Assembly: GCA_011109175.1 (NCBI GenBank) | Contig: RDEW01000031.1 | Span: 591,216-655,215, forward strand | Source of the DNA: Dicyema japonicum | Taxonomy: Eukaryota > Animalia > Dicyemida | Direction: 5' to 3' | DNA length: 64,000 bases | Part shown: positions 27,349 through 39,990 of the stretch, one piece after another | How the letters are laid out: every line of letters starts with the position of its first letter | Numbering within the stretch: the stretch's first letter is position 1 | Notes under the pieces: model-generated | Database searches by the model: none | Seen by the model: only the letters and a program-made list of their open reading frames with translations | Told to the model about the DNA's origin: nothing | Program-made: the position numbers and the translations under genes

Positions 27349-27813
27349 TTGTTGTTTTTGAGTAAAGAGATAATTATCGATTTCTATAACAGGAATAAAA
27401 CATGAGTTGGTTGAAAATTCATGAATGGCCTTGAGAAGATTGAGTCCGTTTAGTCCGAGGTGTTTCAAGTGGAGGAAACATGGGTCATCAGGTTCTTTGG
27501 CAAGGGAGTTACGCGCTTTTGGATCAAATCATGGATTAGCGTTACGGGAACTTGGATATTACCCCTCGTACCACGTGGTAGTTTGATTCTCTTAGGTCGA
27601 TTTTCGGACATGGGAATATTACTGGTCTTGCAATAATAGGTCACCAAATCGTTTTACTGACGGCGAAGTCTTATGTTCGGTTGTTTTTATGAAGCATCCA
27701 TCATGAGGGTAACCGAGATCATTTGACTGACCTGAACATCCTTGATGAATCTCCAGAATTTTTGAGGTTTTGATTTTGGGGTAAAATGAGAAATGAATTC
27801 ATTTTATTTTTCT
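27349..27813 (-). mobile_element. Older Jockey-like LINE fragment, right half
   Basis: KPQKFWRFIK and HLKHLGLNGL remnants; strong similarity to 46250-46690. Confidence 0.7.
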
Positions 27814-28244
27814 ATGCAAGTTGCGTTTCTATGCAAGTTGCGTAAGAAGAGACCTGACTTTTTTCCCCTTCACGTCTGGAAGATCTTTGGTCTGGGACGC
27901 AACTTGCATAGACACGTTCTCAAGCACGAACATTTTTAAATCGGTTCAGACACCTGGAGCAGCTGCTTCGACTGCGGAGAATCTAAAAATCAAGAAATAT
28001 TCTTGCCTCGGGGATCGCTACCGATTTACTCCTGTTCCGACCGAATCATCGGGAGTCGTTGGTCCAATGACGGCTGAATTCTTGCAAGAACTCGGAGGAT
28101 TGCTTGCCAGAAAGAAAAGGGATCAACGAGAAGGGTTATGGCTAAGACAAAAGATTGGAATAGCCATACTCCGAGGGAACTCATTCGCAATCCACGCAGC
28201 AGGCTTCCTCAACTGACATTTGTTTAATTGTTACAAAAAAAAAG
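27814..28244 (+). mobile_element. 5'-truncated CRE-clade insertion with polyA and 11-bp TSD
   Basis: RLE C-terminus (LVWDATCIDT..ESSG..LRGN); near-identical to 36480-36814; TSD TTTATTTTTCT at 27803-27813 and 28245-28255. Confidence 0.9.
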
Positions 28245-28419
28245 TTTATTTTTCTTGATTAAGAAATCAACATGGTTTGTTACTATGCGGAGACTTTAAT
28301 GCCAAACATCCTTTCTGGACCGATCACAATCAGTCGACAATAGTGGGGAGTACATCTTTTCTATACTCGACGAATTAACTATTCTCAATAATCCAGATGT
28401 CCATACTATAGATCCCAAA

Positions 28420-31100
28420 AATTATGGGTGTATTATGCTTAATGTGATTCAGGGAGATGGATTAACGATAAATACTACAACACTTCGTTTGTTATAAATA
28501 ATTGTAGCGTGGCGTTATGTGGTCCACGAATTTAAAAAATTCAAAAGGATTTGGCAACGCCCAGAGGGCTTCCAATACCCTCCCGAAAAGGACCATTAGA
28601 CCCCTTCCCCCCGGGGTCATTATCGACCCCCCGGCGATGTGTTTCAAGAAAGTCCAAACATTCCCGGCGAAAACCCTCAGCCCTCTGTGGAGAAAAGAAA
28701 TTTACTGCTCTCCAATTGAACATCAACGGAATTAAAGGCAAGGTCAGGGAACTCCGTTCAATCCTGGCAAGTATGTGCCTCGTGAATATCTACTTGCCTC
28801 CTTCCGGCTCCTGCCCAAAGGACTATGTTATTCCAAACCTATCAAGATTGGCTATCTACGATGAGATCATCATATGTGGAGATTTAAACGCAAAGCACCC
28901 CTTATGGTTGTCAACCTAACAGGCCGACACGAAAGGGAAGCTATTGTTATTGAAATCGGACTTCCTAACGATACTGAACGATCCAGCGAAAAATACAAGG
29001 ATCCCACTCAGAGAGACGCCTACCTCACCTCACCGGATGTAACACTCTGCTCATCGTCGCTTTCATCAACAATTGATTGGTCAGTCTTCTACGAAACAAG
29101 AAGCAACCATAATCCAATTGTGATGAAGGTCATGAGAGAAGTCAGAGTGAGGAGAACACCTGCAAGTTATAACTACAAAGCTGCTAATTGGGAATTGTAT
29201 CGCGCAATCTCGGAAGATAGACTGAAGAATTGTTACTTGGTCAGCTTCAAATCGATAGAAAAAGCGATCTTATACTTTACTTGCACTATCATAGAAGCAA
29301 GATCATTGGCTATTTCCAAGCATCGTCTAAATTCATCTAATGGTCGAGGGAAGTCGGCATTTATCAAAGAAAGAAATCACTTCAAAAAATCTAATTGGAT
29401 CACATTAAAAACGAAACTCCGGATCAGAGCTCTAAACAACGAAATAAAGGCCAGAGAGTTCAAGGCCCAGAAATTGAATTGGAATCGGATTCTTACAAAG
29501 GTAAATTGCAACCGTAGTACCGGAGAAGTATGGAAAGCCATCCGAAATGTTGCAAAGGACGAAGAAACTTCCCCCGAGGATGACTATTCTCAACGAAACG
29601 TTAACAATTTGATAAAATTCTACACAAAAATTTCGTACAAAGAACAAAGGAAGTCGGAAGTGTTTCTCTCTTCACGCAGAAAACTGAAGAAAGATTTTAA
29701 CCCAGTTTACTTCTCGGATGAAGACGTGAAGAATGCACTGCGTTTTACAAGAACAACGTACTCTGCCGGTCCCAACAACATTCCAGTAGTGTTATTGAAG
29801 AACCTTGGAGATATGGGAGTCGGTTTTCTAACGTCGGTGTATAACTATTCAATTAATTGTAATGTAATACCGTTGTTATGGAAGCAAGCCAACATCCGAC
29901 CTATACTGAAACCTGGAAGACCTAAGGAAGATCCGGCATCATTTAGACCTGTGTCATTGTTATGTTCCATATCGAAAATCCTGGAAAGGCTTGTGCTTGG
30001 AGAATCAAGGCTTTCTTTCCAGAAAAGGATTTTCAACACGGATTCAAGAGCGATTGTTCTACATCAACGTACCTACAAAAATTAACCAACTTCATTAGAG
30101 ATAGTTTTTCTAACAAACCAAGGCATTTGAAGACAGTCTTATGTTCCATTGATATTAACAAGGCCTTTGATTGTATTTCGAGATAAATATTATCAAAGAA
30201 AATTTTCCAGTCCGAGATCCCGGGGAAGCTTAAACTTTGGATAACAAATTTCTTTAAAATCAGTCTCACGTCTTATCCCAAACGGTGTCCCCCAAGGATC
30301 TCCTTTATCCCCCGCTTTATTCAATTTATACCTGGCAGACCTCCCGACACCGGAATCCAATAACGATGTTCTACTCTCATATGCGGACGACATTGTTTTT
30401 GCCTCGCGTGATCGAAATATCCAAAATGCTACAGAAAGATTACAAATTAACCTGGACCGACTCAACGCCTGGGTAATGAAGAACTGACTCATGATAAATT
30501 CCAAAAAGTCGGTCACGTCTATGTTTACTTCGGACAAAAGGTTAGGGAAGATGACTGTCAAGTTAAAATTGGACAACATTGAAATCCCCTTCACCAAATG
30601 TCAGAAGATCCTGGTCGTGACACTGGATACACACTTATGTTTGTTACCACACGTGGCAAACATTGTTCTGAAGTGCGAGAAGAGGATCAATGTATTAAAA
30701 TGTTTATCTGGAAAATGGAAGACAGGTACCCACCCAGTCTTGATGAACATTTACAAGCAATACATCGAACCATGCTTCTCATACGCGTGTGCTTCGTGGG
30801 GACCTTCATTATCATGGACGAACACTAAGAAAATCGAGGACGTTCAAAAGAAGGCTTTCAGAATGACGGAGCGGTGGTCTTGTGGGATACACAGAACCTG
30901 ACCGACTACTCTGGAGGCCCTCATTAAACAAAACTCCGGCATGCGGGAAGGTGGCCCTGCAAATACAGTCAGCCGCCCTGTACGAGCTTGTGTGGGCAGA
31001 GGGAGGAGCACCGGAAAAGAATGAGGGTTTTGGCGGAGCGCATCGGGATCACGTGATAGTTAGTTTTGTTTTTACCGCGGTCTTGGGTGTTAAATAAATA
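28420..31100 (+). mobile_element. Near full-length I/Jockey-group LINE (frameshifted)
   Basis: LQLNING, VNIYLPP, CGDLNAKH, TSPDVT, AGPNNI, RPVSLL, FQHGF, IDINKAFD, GVPQGSPLSP, YADD; family 3' end GGGATCAC...taaata. Confidence 0.9.
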
Positions 31101-34040
31101 TTATCCATTGCGACATTTGCGGAGACCTGGTCATTTAGACGTAACACGTGGCCAAAGAGGCTCCATTTTGATTTGAAAATATCATCTGACAGCATGCCGG
31201 ATTTGTATTTATTATAAAGGTTTGCATTAGAGATCTTCATAGGCCAGTTGACCTTGATTACCGATTTGAGCTGAGTCAAGACTGTTCATTTCCCCTATCC
31301 TCTTCTTGTGGCTCCATATTGACGATATTTTTTTCAGTGCACTCATAGCAAGGATCTTCCTACGAGTAACACCATCAGAGTTTCCTAGAAGCGAGCCAAC
31401 CTTGTTTTGCTTTCTCCATGACTATTCCGATCTCCGATCAGTACGAGTAAGTATTGTAAACTCCATTTTGACTGGATTTACGGATAAGAACCATTTCTAA
31501 AATATGTGTGGGAGTACGCTGAGCATGTGCTGAAGTGTTTGAGTATCCTCAGAAACAAAATCCAGATCGTACACATAAATTATTCGTCATAGTTGTTTCC
31601 AATCAGGGTCCTGAACTCTCTTAGTGCAGCTTCAAAGTAAACAATAAAGAAAACCGGGGATAGCGAGTCCCCCCCGTGGAACTCCCCGTGAAGTCGAAAA
31701 CAAGTTGAAGTACATTTGCCAATTTTGACAGAAAATGAGTATTTTGCATGAGCAGGCGTATTATTTTAACGTCGTCTAGGTGAAGAAAAGTCTTCAGAAC
31801 TTCCAAAAGTTTTCCCAGGTATTCCGAATCGAATGCACGGGACATATTAATGCTAAGTTTTTCAATAGATTTTTTATACTTTTAGCATAGAGCACAATAC
31901 CATTTGTGCCCCACACTACATCGGCTGTAGACCTGCTTGTTTTATACCCACTTGACCGGGGGATAGGAATTTGTTCACTTTGTTTTTTATCCGGTGTAAT
32001 GCAATGAGAGACAGTGTTTTGTGTATGGAAGTTAGTAGAATTATTGGTCTAAAGCAGCTTTCCCGGGTTTTTGTAAAGGTGCTAGCCACCATTTTCTCAG
32101 TTACAGTTTGAAAACATTAGTGATCATTTTGGCTAGCTCTGGTCCTGCAGATCTTCCGGTGTTCAGTTTTTTAATTGCTTGAAGTTTCCGAAATGCTTAT
32201 TGGATGCAATAGAGTGAATTTTTCAGGTTTCAGTGGTTTTATTGTGTAGTCAGTTTCGCTGATGTTAAATGGAGAATCAAAGTGCGAAGCTATTATATTA
32301 GATTTGTTGATTTTTTCGGGTGCACTTGTATTTTCGGATCGGAGCCTAAGCTCTTTATGTATTACAGAAAGTTGTCTGATATCCGGACTGCTTTGTTTGT
32401 GACTGGGTTTGGGTGTGGGACCCAACACATGAGAGCAGTGGTTCACGACCTGGGTTCCACGAAGCCAGTTTTAGGGTTCAGCGAAATTTATTATAAATTA
32501 TTTAATAATATTTTTTAATTATTTAAATATATTAAACATCCACGCTTATATCTCGATTGTTTTGGGTTAGTTACTCAATTTTATAAGATTTTTAATGAGA
32601 AACAATAATTGCATAAGAGATTTCAAAAATATTGAATGAATCTACAATTATTTTAATTAAACAGGTGAGTTATCTTGTAGCACGTTGTGGAGAGGCACAT
32701 ACAATTGCCGAAAATATTATTAAGCCATGTTTAAAAAAGATCATCGAGTGTATTTACGGCAAACAAATTTTGATGGTCATCCGTAAATAAAAATAACATT
32801 ACATGCTTTGCCGTTCGGCAAGAGTATCTTGATGAATCAAAATGCGTATTGGATGATAATGCACTTCAAAACATCAAAGATTATTTGGTAATTTTGGATG
32901 ACAACATTGCGAAATATTTTCCGGATAAATTTGATGACGATTGGGTACAAAATTCATTCAAAGTTAAGTAACACCAGCAAATCTAACATCAATTGAATAT
33001 GAACATCTTTTGACATCAGAATCAACGTCAAATCAGATATATAAAATGAATCCCTTTTTAATTTTTGAGAGCATACATTTCAAAATATCCTAATGTCTCA
33101 GAAAAGACTATATGTAGTACACTATTACCTTCTCCATCGACTTAGTTATGCGAGTCGGGGTTTTCAACATATACGTCTACCAAATCTTCCCTGATATGAG
33201 GATGCAGTTGTCAACAATAACTCCTAACGTTACACAATTATAATAAAAAGTGAATGTTCACATTAAAATTGTTTTTGGTTATTACGATTATGTCTTAAGT
33301 GAAAATTGTAATAATTGAATTGGAAAGGGTCGCAAAAAATAAATTAACCCAAAAGGGTTCCGCGAGCACCTTAAGGTTGGGAACCACTGCACTAGAGGCT
33401 GCTTTTTGTATACAACTATTTCCTCCCATACTTTATTTGCTGATTAATTCTCGTTAATAAAATTAATGATATTCCTCAGAGTTGTACTATATCGAAGACT
33501 GGTAGATTTTCATAACCTAGACTCCCCGTGTTGTATCGTACTGAGGCGATACCTTTGCGTTTTCCATGTATTCCATGTCTTTTCTGGTGCCAACCTAAGT
33601 GGTCTTGGTGAGTGCTTAGAACAAGTATTGCATAAGAGTAGGTTGAAGGCTGTGCAAAATTGTATCAGTGACTCTCCAGGAAGGTTGCGGCGATTTCTTC
33701 TGTGTGCTCCAATGCAAGTTTTCCAGGGTTTGGCTTTTCCAGCCTTGCCGTTCCAGTCCCCGGCGACAAGAAAAATGTAAAAGGAAGAAAGCGAGTTTTA
33801 TATACTCGTGAAAGTAGATTGGGCTCCTTACTGTCGCACAAATAGATCATGGATTGCCAGATGTAAATAAAAATACATGCTGTCTGTGTTAGATATCGTC
33901 GTATGAATTTTTATTGTCTTGATTCTGCAACATTTTCAACACCAAGATCTGGTATAACTTTCTTTTTTATAAAAAAGGTGCTTCAAACAAGAGCGTTGGC
34001 ATCTTTTTCGACATTATTGCTATTGTTGCTGTTGTAGTTG
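31100..34040 (-). mobile_element. Decayed RTE LINE interrupted by a hAT element
   Basis: EN remnant AGDWNGK..FC..NLLLCNT (33620-33790), MSRAFDS (31845), KVGSLLG and WSLFGHVLR. Confidence 0.75.
32436..33389 (+). mobile_element. Non-autonomous hAT (Buster/Charlie-type) element
   Basis: TIRs CAGTGGTTCACGACCT and AGGTTGGGAACCACTG; 8-bp TSD catgagag/cactagag (6 of 8 match); transposase remnants GEAHTIAE and LCESGFS. Confidence 0.85.
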
Positions 34041-34045
34041 GCTTC

Positions 34046-34192
34046 TTTATTATTATTAATAGCACTTTCACAGAACCAAAGAACGTTATATTAACTAAGG
34101 TCCCGTTTGTGCCACACGTTTCGAGATTTGCTTTATTAGGCGTCTCCATCGCCCTCTCCTTTGCGCATCTGTCCGTAGATCTTCTAGGTCTT
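34046..34192 (-). mobile_element. Short RTE 3' stub
   Basis: LEDLRTDAQRRGRWRRLI followed by gtgaaagtgc(taa)n; flanked by ttggctt repeats. Confidence 0.7.
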
Positions 34193-34229
34193 TTGGCTTA
34201 TATATAAATTTATTTAATTAAATAATTAA

Positions 34230-36814
34230 GTGGTGTGGTGTGATCAACAAAAATCTCATGGAAAATAAAGAACGAAAAGAAGACAAAGTACGAAACAAAT
34301 CCAGTACGGACAAATCAGGTATGTTTTTTATGTGGACAATCGAACATCAGGAAATATGGGATTAACTGCACACAATGTGAATCATTCGCCCATCTGGGCT
34401 GCATAAAAATGAGTAAATCTTGCGCCGAGACGTTGTCGAGTTGGCTGTGCCCCTCTTGTATTGGAATGGAGGCCCCCAGGCGGGAAAAAATAACTCAGTC
34501 AAACTTTACACTGCCACATACAGACCATACTCTCTTGAAGATCTCGAACCTCAGGAAAGCCATGAAGATCCCAGTAAAAATCCCTAAAGGAGTACGAATT
34601 TCCGCAGCAACGTGTCTTTCAGATGCCATTGATCACGCACTATCCTCTGACAGTTGGGAATCCTGGCTAAAACTTATATGCTTTGCACCTGTCGCACTCG
34701 GAATACCTACAAAGGAATCTGAGGACAATAATAAAGAAACAAACTCCCGACTCAACTTATCCGGGAAACTGAAACGAAACATAATGAATTTTAGCTGTCA
34801 TAACATACTCGCAATACTTGAACATCCACTTAATGTCAATTAGGTAGAGATGCCCCCAACAAACTAAAGGAGAGAGTAAACCGGATACTTCTGGAAGGCG
34901 ACGTGCGGGCAGCCTTACGAGTTATCACATCCGATGACACAGTATTGTCTTGTACTCCCGAGGTCCTAAATACCTTAATACTAAAGCATCCAGATGCACC
35001 GACTGACTATGAAAAGTTTTTGAATCCAGAAGGAACCCAGGAGATCATCATTACTGAATCCGAAGTGCGCCACGGAATAACTTCCTTCGCGGCTAGCAGC
35101 GGTGGAGGCTTGGAAGGGTTACGTCCTGGCCATATTAAGGACCTTACGTCCACTTACACCTCGGAAGCTGGACGCTGTCTTGTCAAATCAATTACGGATC
35201 TAATCAAAAAAATGGTTAACGGCGACATCCCAAAATATGCCAGAGAATTGCTCTTCTCTGCAAGGCTACTTGCTTTCAAAAAATTCAACGGAGGAATCCG
35301 CCCCATTGCGGTCGGTAACTATTTTAGAAGACTTGCAGCAAAAGTAGCATCGACCATGGTGAGCCGACAACTCGGAGAGGAGTTCATTCCTAAACAAATG
35401 GGTGTTAGTATCCAGAACGGATGTGAGGTTGCGGTTCATGCAGCAAGGCGTTTCTTCACACAGAAAAATATTTCAAATGAATGCATTGGAATCAAGTTGG
35501 ACATAACGAATGCCTTTAATTCTCTCAGAAGAGATGAAATTATGAAAACGTGTTGGAAGAAGGCTCCAAAGCTTTTCCCTCTTGTCAATTTATCCTATGG
35601 GGAAGATACGTCTTTGGTTTTTGAAAATGAAATTATTAAATCAAAAACGGGTGTACAACAAGGAGATCCGCTCGGACATACCTGAGTTGTTCTTACTGGC
35701 TGGCTTTGTTCCTCGTAAGAGACATACCTGAGTTGTTCTTACTGGCTTTGTTCCTCGTACTTCGTCTTCTTTTCGTTCTTTATTTTCCATCTGAGATTTT
35801 AGTTGATCACACCACACGTTTATTTATTATCAAGAGTCACTAGTTAACGTCCGCTTCGACGAACTTGGTTAAAAGCAATGTAATCTTCTCTCTGGATTTG
35901 GGGGTGTCGGTCTGAGATCGGCGCTGGAGGTTGCGTACCCGGCGTATCTATCGTCTCTCTCAAGCTGCAGTCATTTGAAAGGGCAAGTCTTTCATCACAA
36001 TGTTGGACTTCGCTGGAATGAGTCATTTGACGAAGCTTGTCGGAAATGGAACGGGTCCGGACTCAAAATCCCCGAAGACACAACGAAGCAAAGAAATTGG
36101 GATGACATTGTCTGCTCCAAAATTTTGGAAGACCTTAAAAAAGAAGCGAATCAACATCGTCTGGCTTGTTTGGTGTCAGCTTCAAGTAGAGGGAGTGGAG
36201 CATGGCTTGGTGCAATACCTTGCCCAAACCTCGGGACCTTTTTGGACGACGATTCTTTGAGGATTGGAATCGGACAAAGGCTGGGACTAGACGTTTGCCA
36301 GGAGCACCGATGCCGAAGCGGGAAAACAGTCGATGCGAAAGGATTGCACCCGCTGTCCTGCAGAAGAAGCGCCGGAAGGGGACCACGTCATGCTGCTCTG
36401 AACGATGTGATCGTCAGAGCTCTGAAGGCTTCAGGCTTCCCAGCACAGCTTGAACCAGTGGGTCTTGATCGAGGAGATGGGAAGAGACCTGATGGGATGA
36501 CCCTTTTCCCCTTCACGTCTAGAAGATCTTTGGTCTGGGACGCAACTTGCATAGACACGTTCTCAAGCACGAACATTTTTAGATCGGTTCAGACACCTGG
36601 AGCAGCTGCTTCGACTGCGGAAAACCTAAAAATCAAGAAATATTCTTGCCTCGGGGATCGCTACCGATTTACTCCTGTTGCGACCGAATCATCGGGAGCC
36701 GTTGGTCCAATGACGGCTGAATTCTTGCAAGAACTCGGAGGATTGCTTGCCAGAAAGAAAAGGGATCAACGCAGCAGCAGGCTTCCTCAACTGACATTTG
36801 TTTAATTGTTAAAA
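34230..36814 (+). mobile_element. CRE-clade non-LTR retrotransposon with N-terminal PHD finger, RT and RLE; 10-bp TSD; disrupted
   Basis: PHD CFLC..CTQC..HLGC..WLCPSC (34322-34459). RT: GLRPGHIKDL, GGIRPIAVG, LDITNAFNS, GVQQGDPLG. Then a CCHC-like H-x3-C and RLE RH..LND, KRPDG, LVWDATC. PolyA; TSD AAATAATTAA at 34220-34229 and 36815-36824. Confidence 0.9.
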
Positions 36815-37231
36815 AAATAATTAATAAAAAAAAATTAAATAATTATAAGAAAAAATCCCTCTTCATATATTATTTCTGCATCCTTGGGAAGTTTCAGACA
36901 AAGATTGAATTTTTTAAAATTTTTTATAGAAGGGGATCTGTTCCTAATCTTCGGTTAACTCACATCCAACAACACACGTTAACAAGATCTAAATTTTCGA
37001 ACTTTTGAATTCAGTATAAATTAAGACAAATTATTATTTGTGATGTCGGAAAATTTTTAGCGTGTTTTCTTGTTTCCTTAAAACTCACGGATAATTTCAT
37101 GGCTCAATTAGCCATCCCTCTTCATCCCTCCTCCAATTTTTAATGGACTTAGCGATGACACATAGAAAAGAAATCGATTTGCTCCTACAATCCCTGAGGT
37201 TTCGGTTGCGACGGGCTTAAAACTAACTTTA

Positions 37232-37562
37232 TTTATTATTAGCACTTTCACGAGAGCCATAATATTTATAGCCCTGCATGTGCAGCAAAAAATATAAGAG
37301 AATTAGTTAGGTTGCTGTTCTTTGCTAGGTCCCTCAGTGAGTCCAGATCGCCCCAGATGGAAATGTTTTCTTCACGGCTTTCAGATCGTTTTGTAGAACG
37401 ACCGGGAGGGTAGTTCTCGGTCTTCCACGAAAGCGTTTTACATTGGAGGAGTAGTAATCTTCCATTGCGATATTCGGGGGGATATCGGGTCCAACCTCAG
37501 GACGTGTCCAAAAAGTCTACAACGAGAGCTAATGATCTCGTGACTTACTAGTGTACAGTCAC
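37232..37562 (-). mobile_element. RTE 3' stub, near-identical to 63325-63660
   Basis: RLFGHVLR, RGRP and a shared 3' UTR with (TAA)n tail. Confidence 0.85.
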
Positions 37563-37685
37563 ACTTATTGTTTAAAGGTAACTTTATATTTTTTAAAGTT
37601 TCGTCTCTCTTAGAGGCTGATCCTGGGTGAGTGACTTTCAGTGTGAGGTTGGAACTGGAGAGGAGACAAATGCCATCATTTAGTC

Positions 37686-39982
37686 CAGGGGTTCTCAACC
37701 TTTTTTTACTCATCGACCCCTTGACTTTTATTTCGACCCCCTAATATTTAATCGACCCTTAAAACTTTTTTATCTAGAACAGACAATTCTAAGTAAAATT
37801 AGTTAAGTATCTAAAATCTATTTATTGTTAATGATCAAATCAAACATAAAAAGTACATAGTCGATGTTATGTTGGTATCTTAGAATAAATCTATAATAAA
37901 AAAAGAATTAAATACCAATGGGATCCCTGTGATTGATGTTTTGACCAAAAATTCGACGTCTGACTCTATTTCTGTTATTTTAAACGAATATCTTCTCTAA
38001 TGGACACATCCAATCTGTTTCGTTCTTTATTTACAATTCGATGTAGAATGCTAAATCCGATTTCAATTTCTGTCCACAATTTTGGATAACTCTCNNNNNN
38101 NNNNNNNNNNNNNNNNNNNNNNNNNNNNNNNNNNNNNNNNNNNNNNNNNNNNNNNNNNNNNNNNNNNNNNNNNNNNNNNNNNNNNNNNNNNNNNNNNNNN
38201 NNNNNNNAAATCAAACAAAAAAAGTATATACTCGATGTTATGTTGATATCTTAGAATAAATCTATGATAAAAAAAGAATTAAATACCAATGGGATCCCTG
38301 TGACTGATGTTTTGACCAAAAATTCGATGTCTGGCTCTATTTGTGTTTTTTTAAACGAATATCTCCTCTAATGGACACATCCAATCTGTTTCGTTCTTTA
38401 TTTACAATTCGATGTAGAATGCTAAATCCGCATTCAAATTCTGTCCACAATTTTGGATAACTCTCACTTTCATATTTTGTTAAAAAATGACAGGTGACTG
38501 TGATTTATTATAATATAGTTTTAATTCTGGATTGAATTTTAACATAACTATTCTTGAATATTTTCTTTTTGTTCTTTTGGCTTTGACAAAAACGGATTAA
38601 TCATCCAAGATGGAATTTCTAATTCAAGAATATCTTGGAATCGAAAAATCAAATTTTTTTCTATACTTAATAATGTTGCAAAAAGTTGTTAATATCTTCA
38701 TCATCAAATGTTTCACCAATTAAGTGGAATTCGGGAATGTTATAATAATTTCTTTTTTCCAAGTTGTATTTGTATAACTTAATTTTTTCGATAAATATTT
38801 GAATAATTCTTTTACAATCTATTAACGTCACATACTTTCTCTGAAGTTCTAATGAAACTTTATTAAATTTTCCAAAAATCCAAGTCAAATAAACAATTTC
38901 TTTCTTTTTCGATACAATTTTTTTTAACAATTAAACAAATGTCAGTTGAGGAAGCCTGCTGCGTGGATTGCGAACGAGTTCCCTCGGAGTATGGCTATTC
39001 CTATCTTTTGTCTTAGCCATTTCGATACAATTAAATCTGCTAAATTTTTATCACCCTCAGAAGTAAGAAAATTTACGATTGTGTCAAATAATAATGAAAA
39101 TAGTTCTAATGCATATCCCTTTGATAACTATCGTACCTATAAAATTGGAAACTATAACCTCGGTGTGAAGCACAAGACGGGGCATATGTTTCCTTAGCCT
39201 CATAGCAAAATTTTTCAAAAAGACGATCATACTTGCTTTAATTTTGTTTATGGTTTTAATAACTATATTAACGTTTCATGTAGAATTGCCGAAAGAGTTT
39301 TGAAACCAAATATTGTCTATGTAGAACGCAATGTATATGAATCACATTTGGACATATTTTTTTCAAATATGCCGCAAATCCTTTATATTTTCCAACCATA
39401 GACATTGCACCATCTGTGGCACAAAAAACCAAATTTTCATATGGAATCTTCTTATTATCCAATATGACTTTCGTCTATTTGAAGCGAAAAAATAGTATTT
39501 TTAAGCCTTTCACATAAATTATGTTCAAAATTATTTGACATTTCGTCAATCCTGCAGAGAATTGAATCATTGCTAATTGGTGCGGAATTTAAACCCATCA
39601 GATCTGATAGATGGTTTGATGAGATTTTCACCAGAAGCATGGGAACTCCCATTTTTGGCAATAATTATTGCAATTTTATAGGATGCAATTAGTCCTCCTA
39701 AATATAATTTAAAATAACACCTATTGTTTCTTTCATTACTATTTGTAAAAACAGTGTCAATCATTTTTTGTTTAGGAAAAGAATCCTTTAATTCTTCAAA
39801 ATATGGTTTATCTTTTTTATCCGAATGTTTTCTCCTAAAATGATCCAACAATTTGGACGGTTTCATTGCATCACTTGTTACACAATAAGCAATATGGTCT
39901 GTCATCAAAAGAATTTTTTGTATAAATCCAAATGCCAAATATTCATTTTTATATTGACGAATTTTGAGGTTGAAAACCGCTG
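37686..39982 (-). mobile_element. hAT (Buster/Charlie-type) DNA transposon with decayed transposase and perfect 8-bp TSD
   Basis: TIRs CAGGGGTTCTCAACCT and (revcomp) CAGCGGTTTTCAACCT; TSD ATTTAGTC at 37678-37685 and 39983-39990 (nnnTAnnn). Motifs YLAFGF, MKPSKL..H..KH, FSLQIDES, ATDGA..M.G, IHCVLHR and RNRLDV..DIRL. Confidence 0.93.
38920..39019 (-). mobile_element. 100-bp CRE 3' stub inserted in the hAT transposase, 13-bp TSD
   Basis: Reverse complement of 28139-28240; TSD TTTCGATACAATT at 38907-38919 and 39020-39032. Confidence 0.92.
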
Positions 39983-39990
39983 ATTTAGTC

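Noticed and set aside
33967-34149. ORF-track 60-aa ORF with a hydrophobic stretch
   Set aside because: It is an alternative frame of an RTE 3' stub and its (TAA)n tail.
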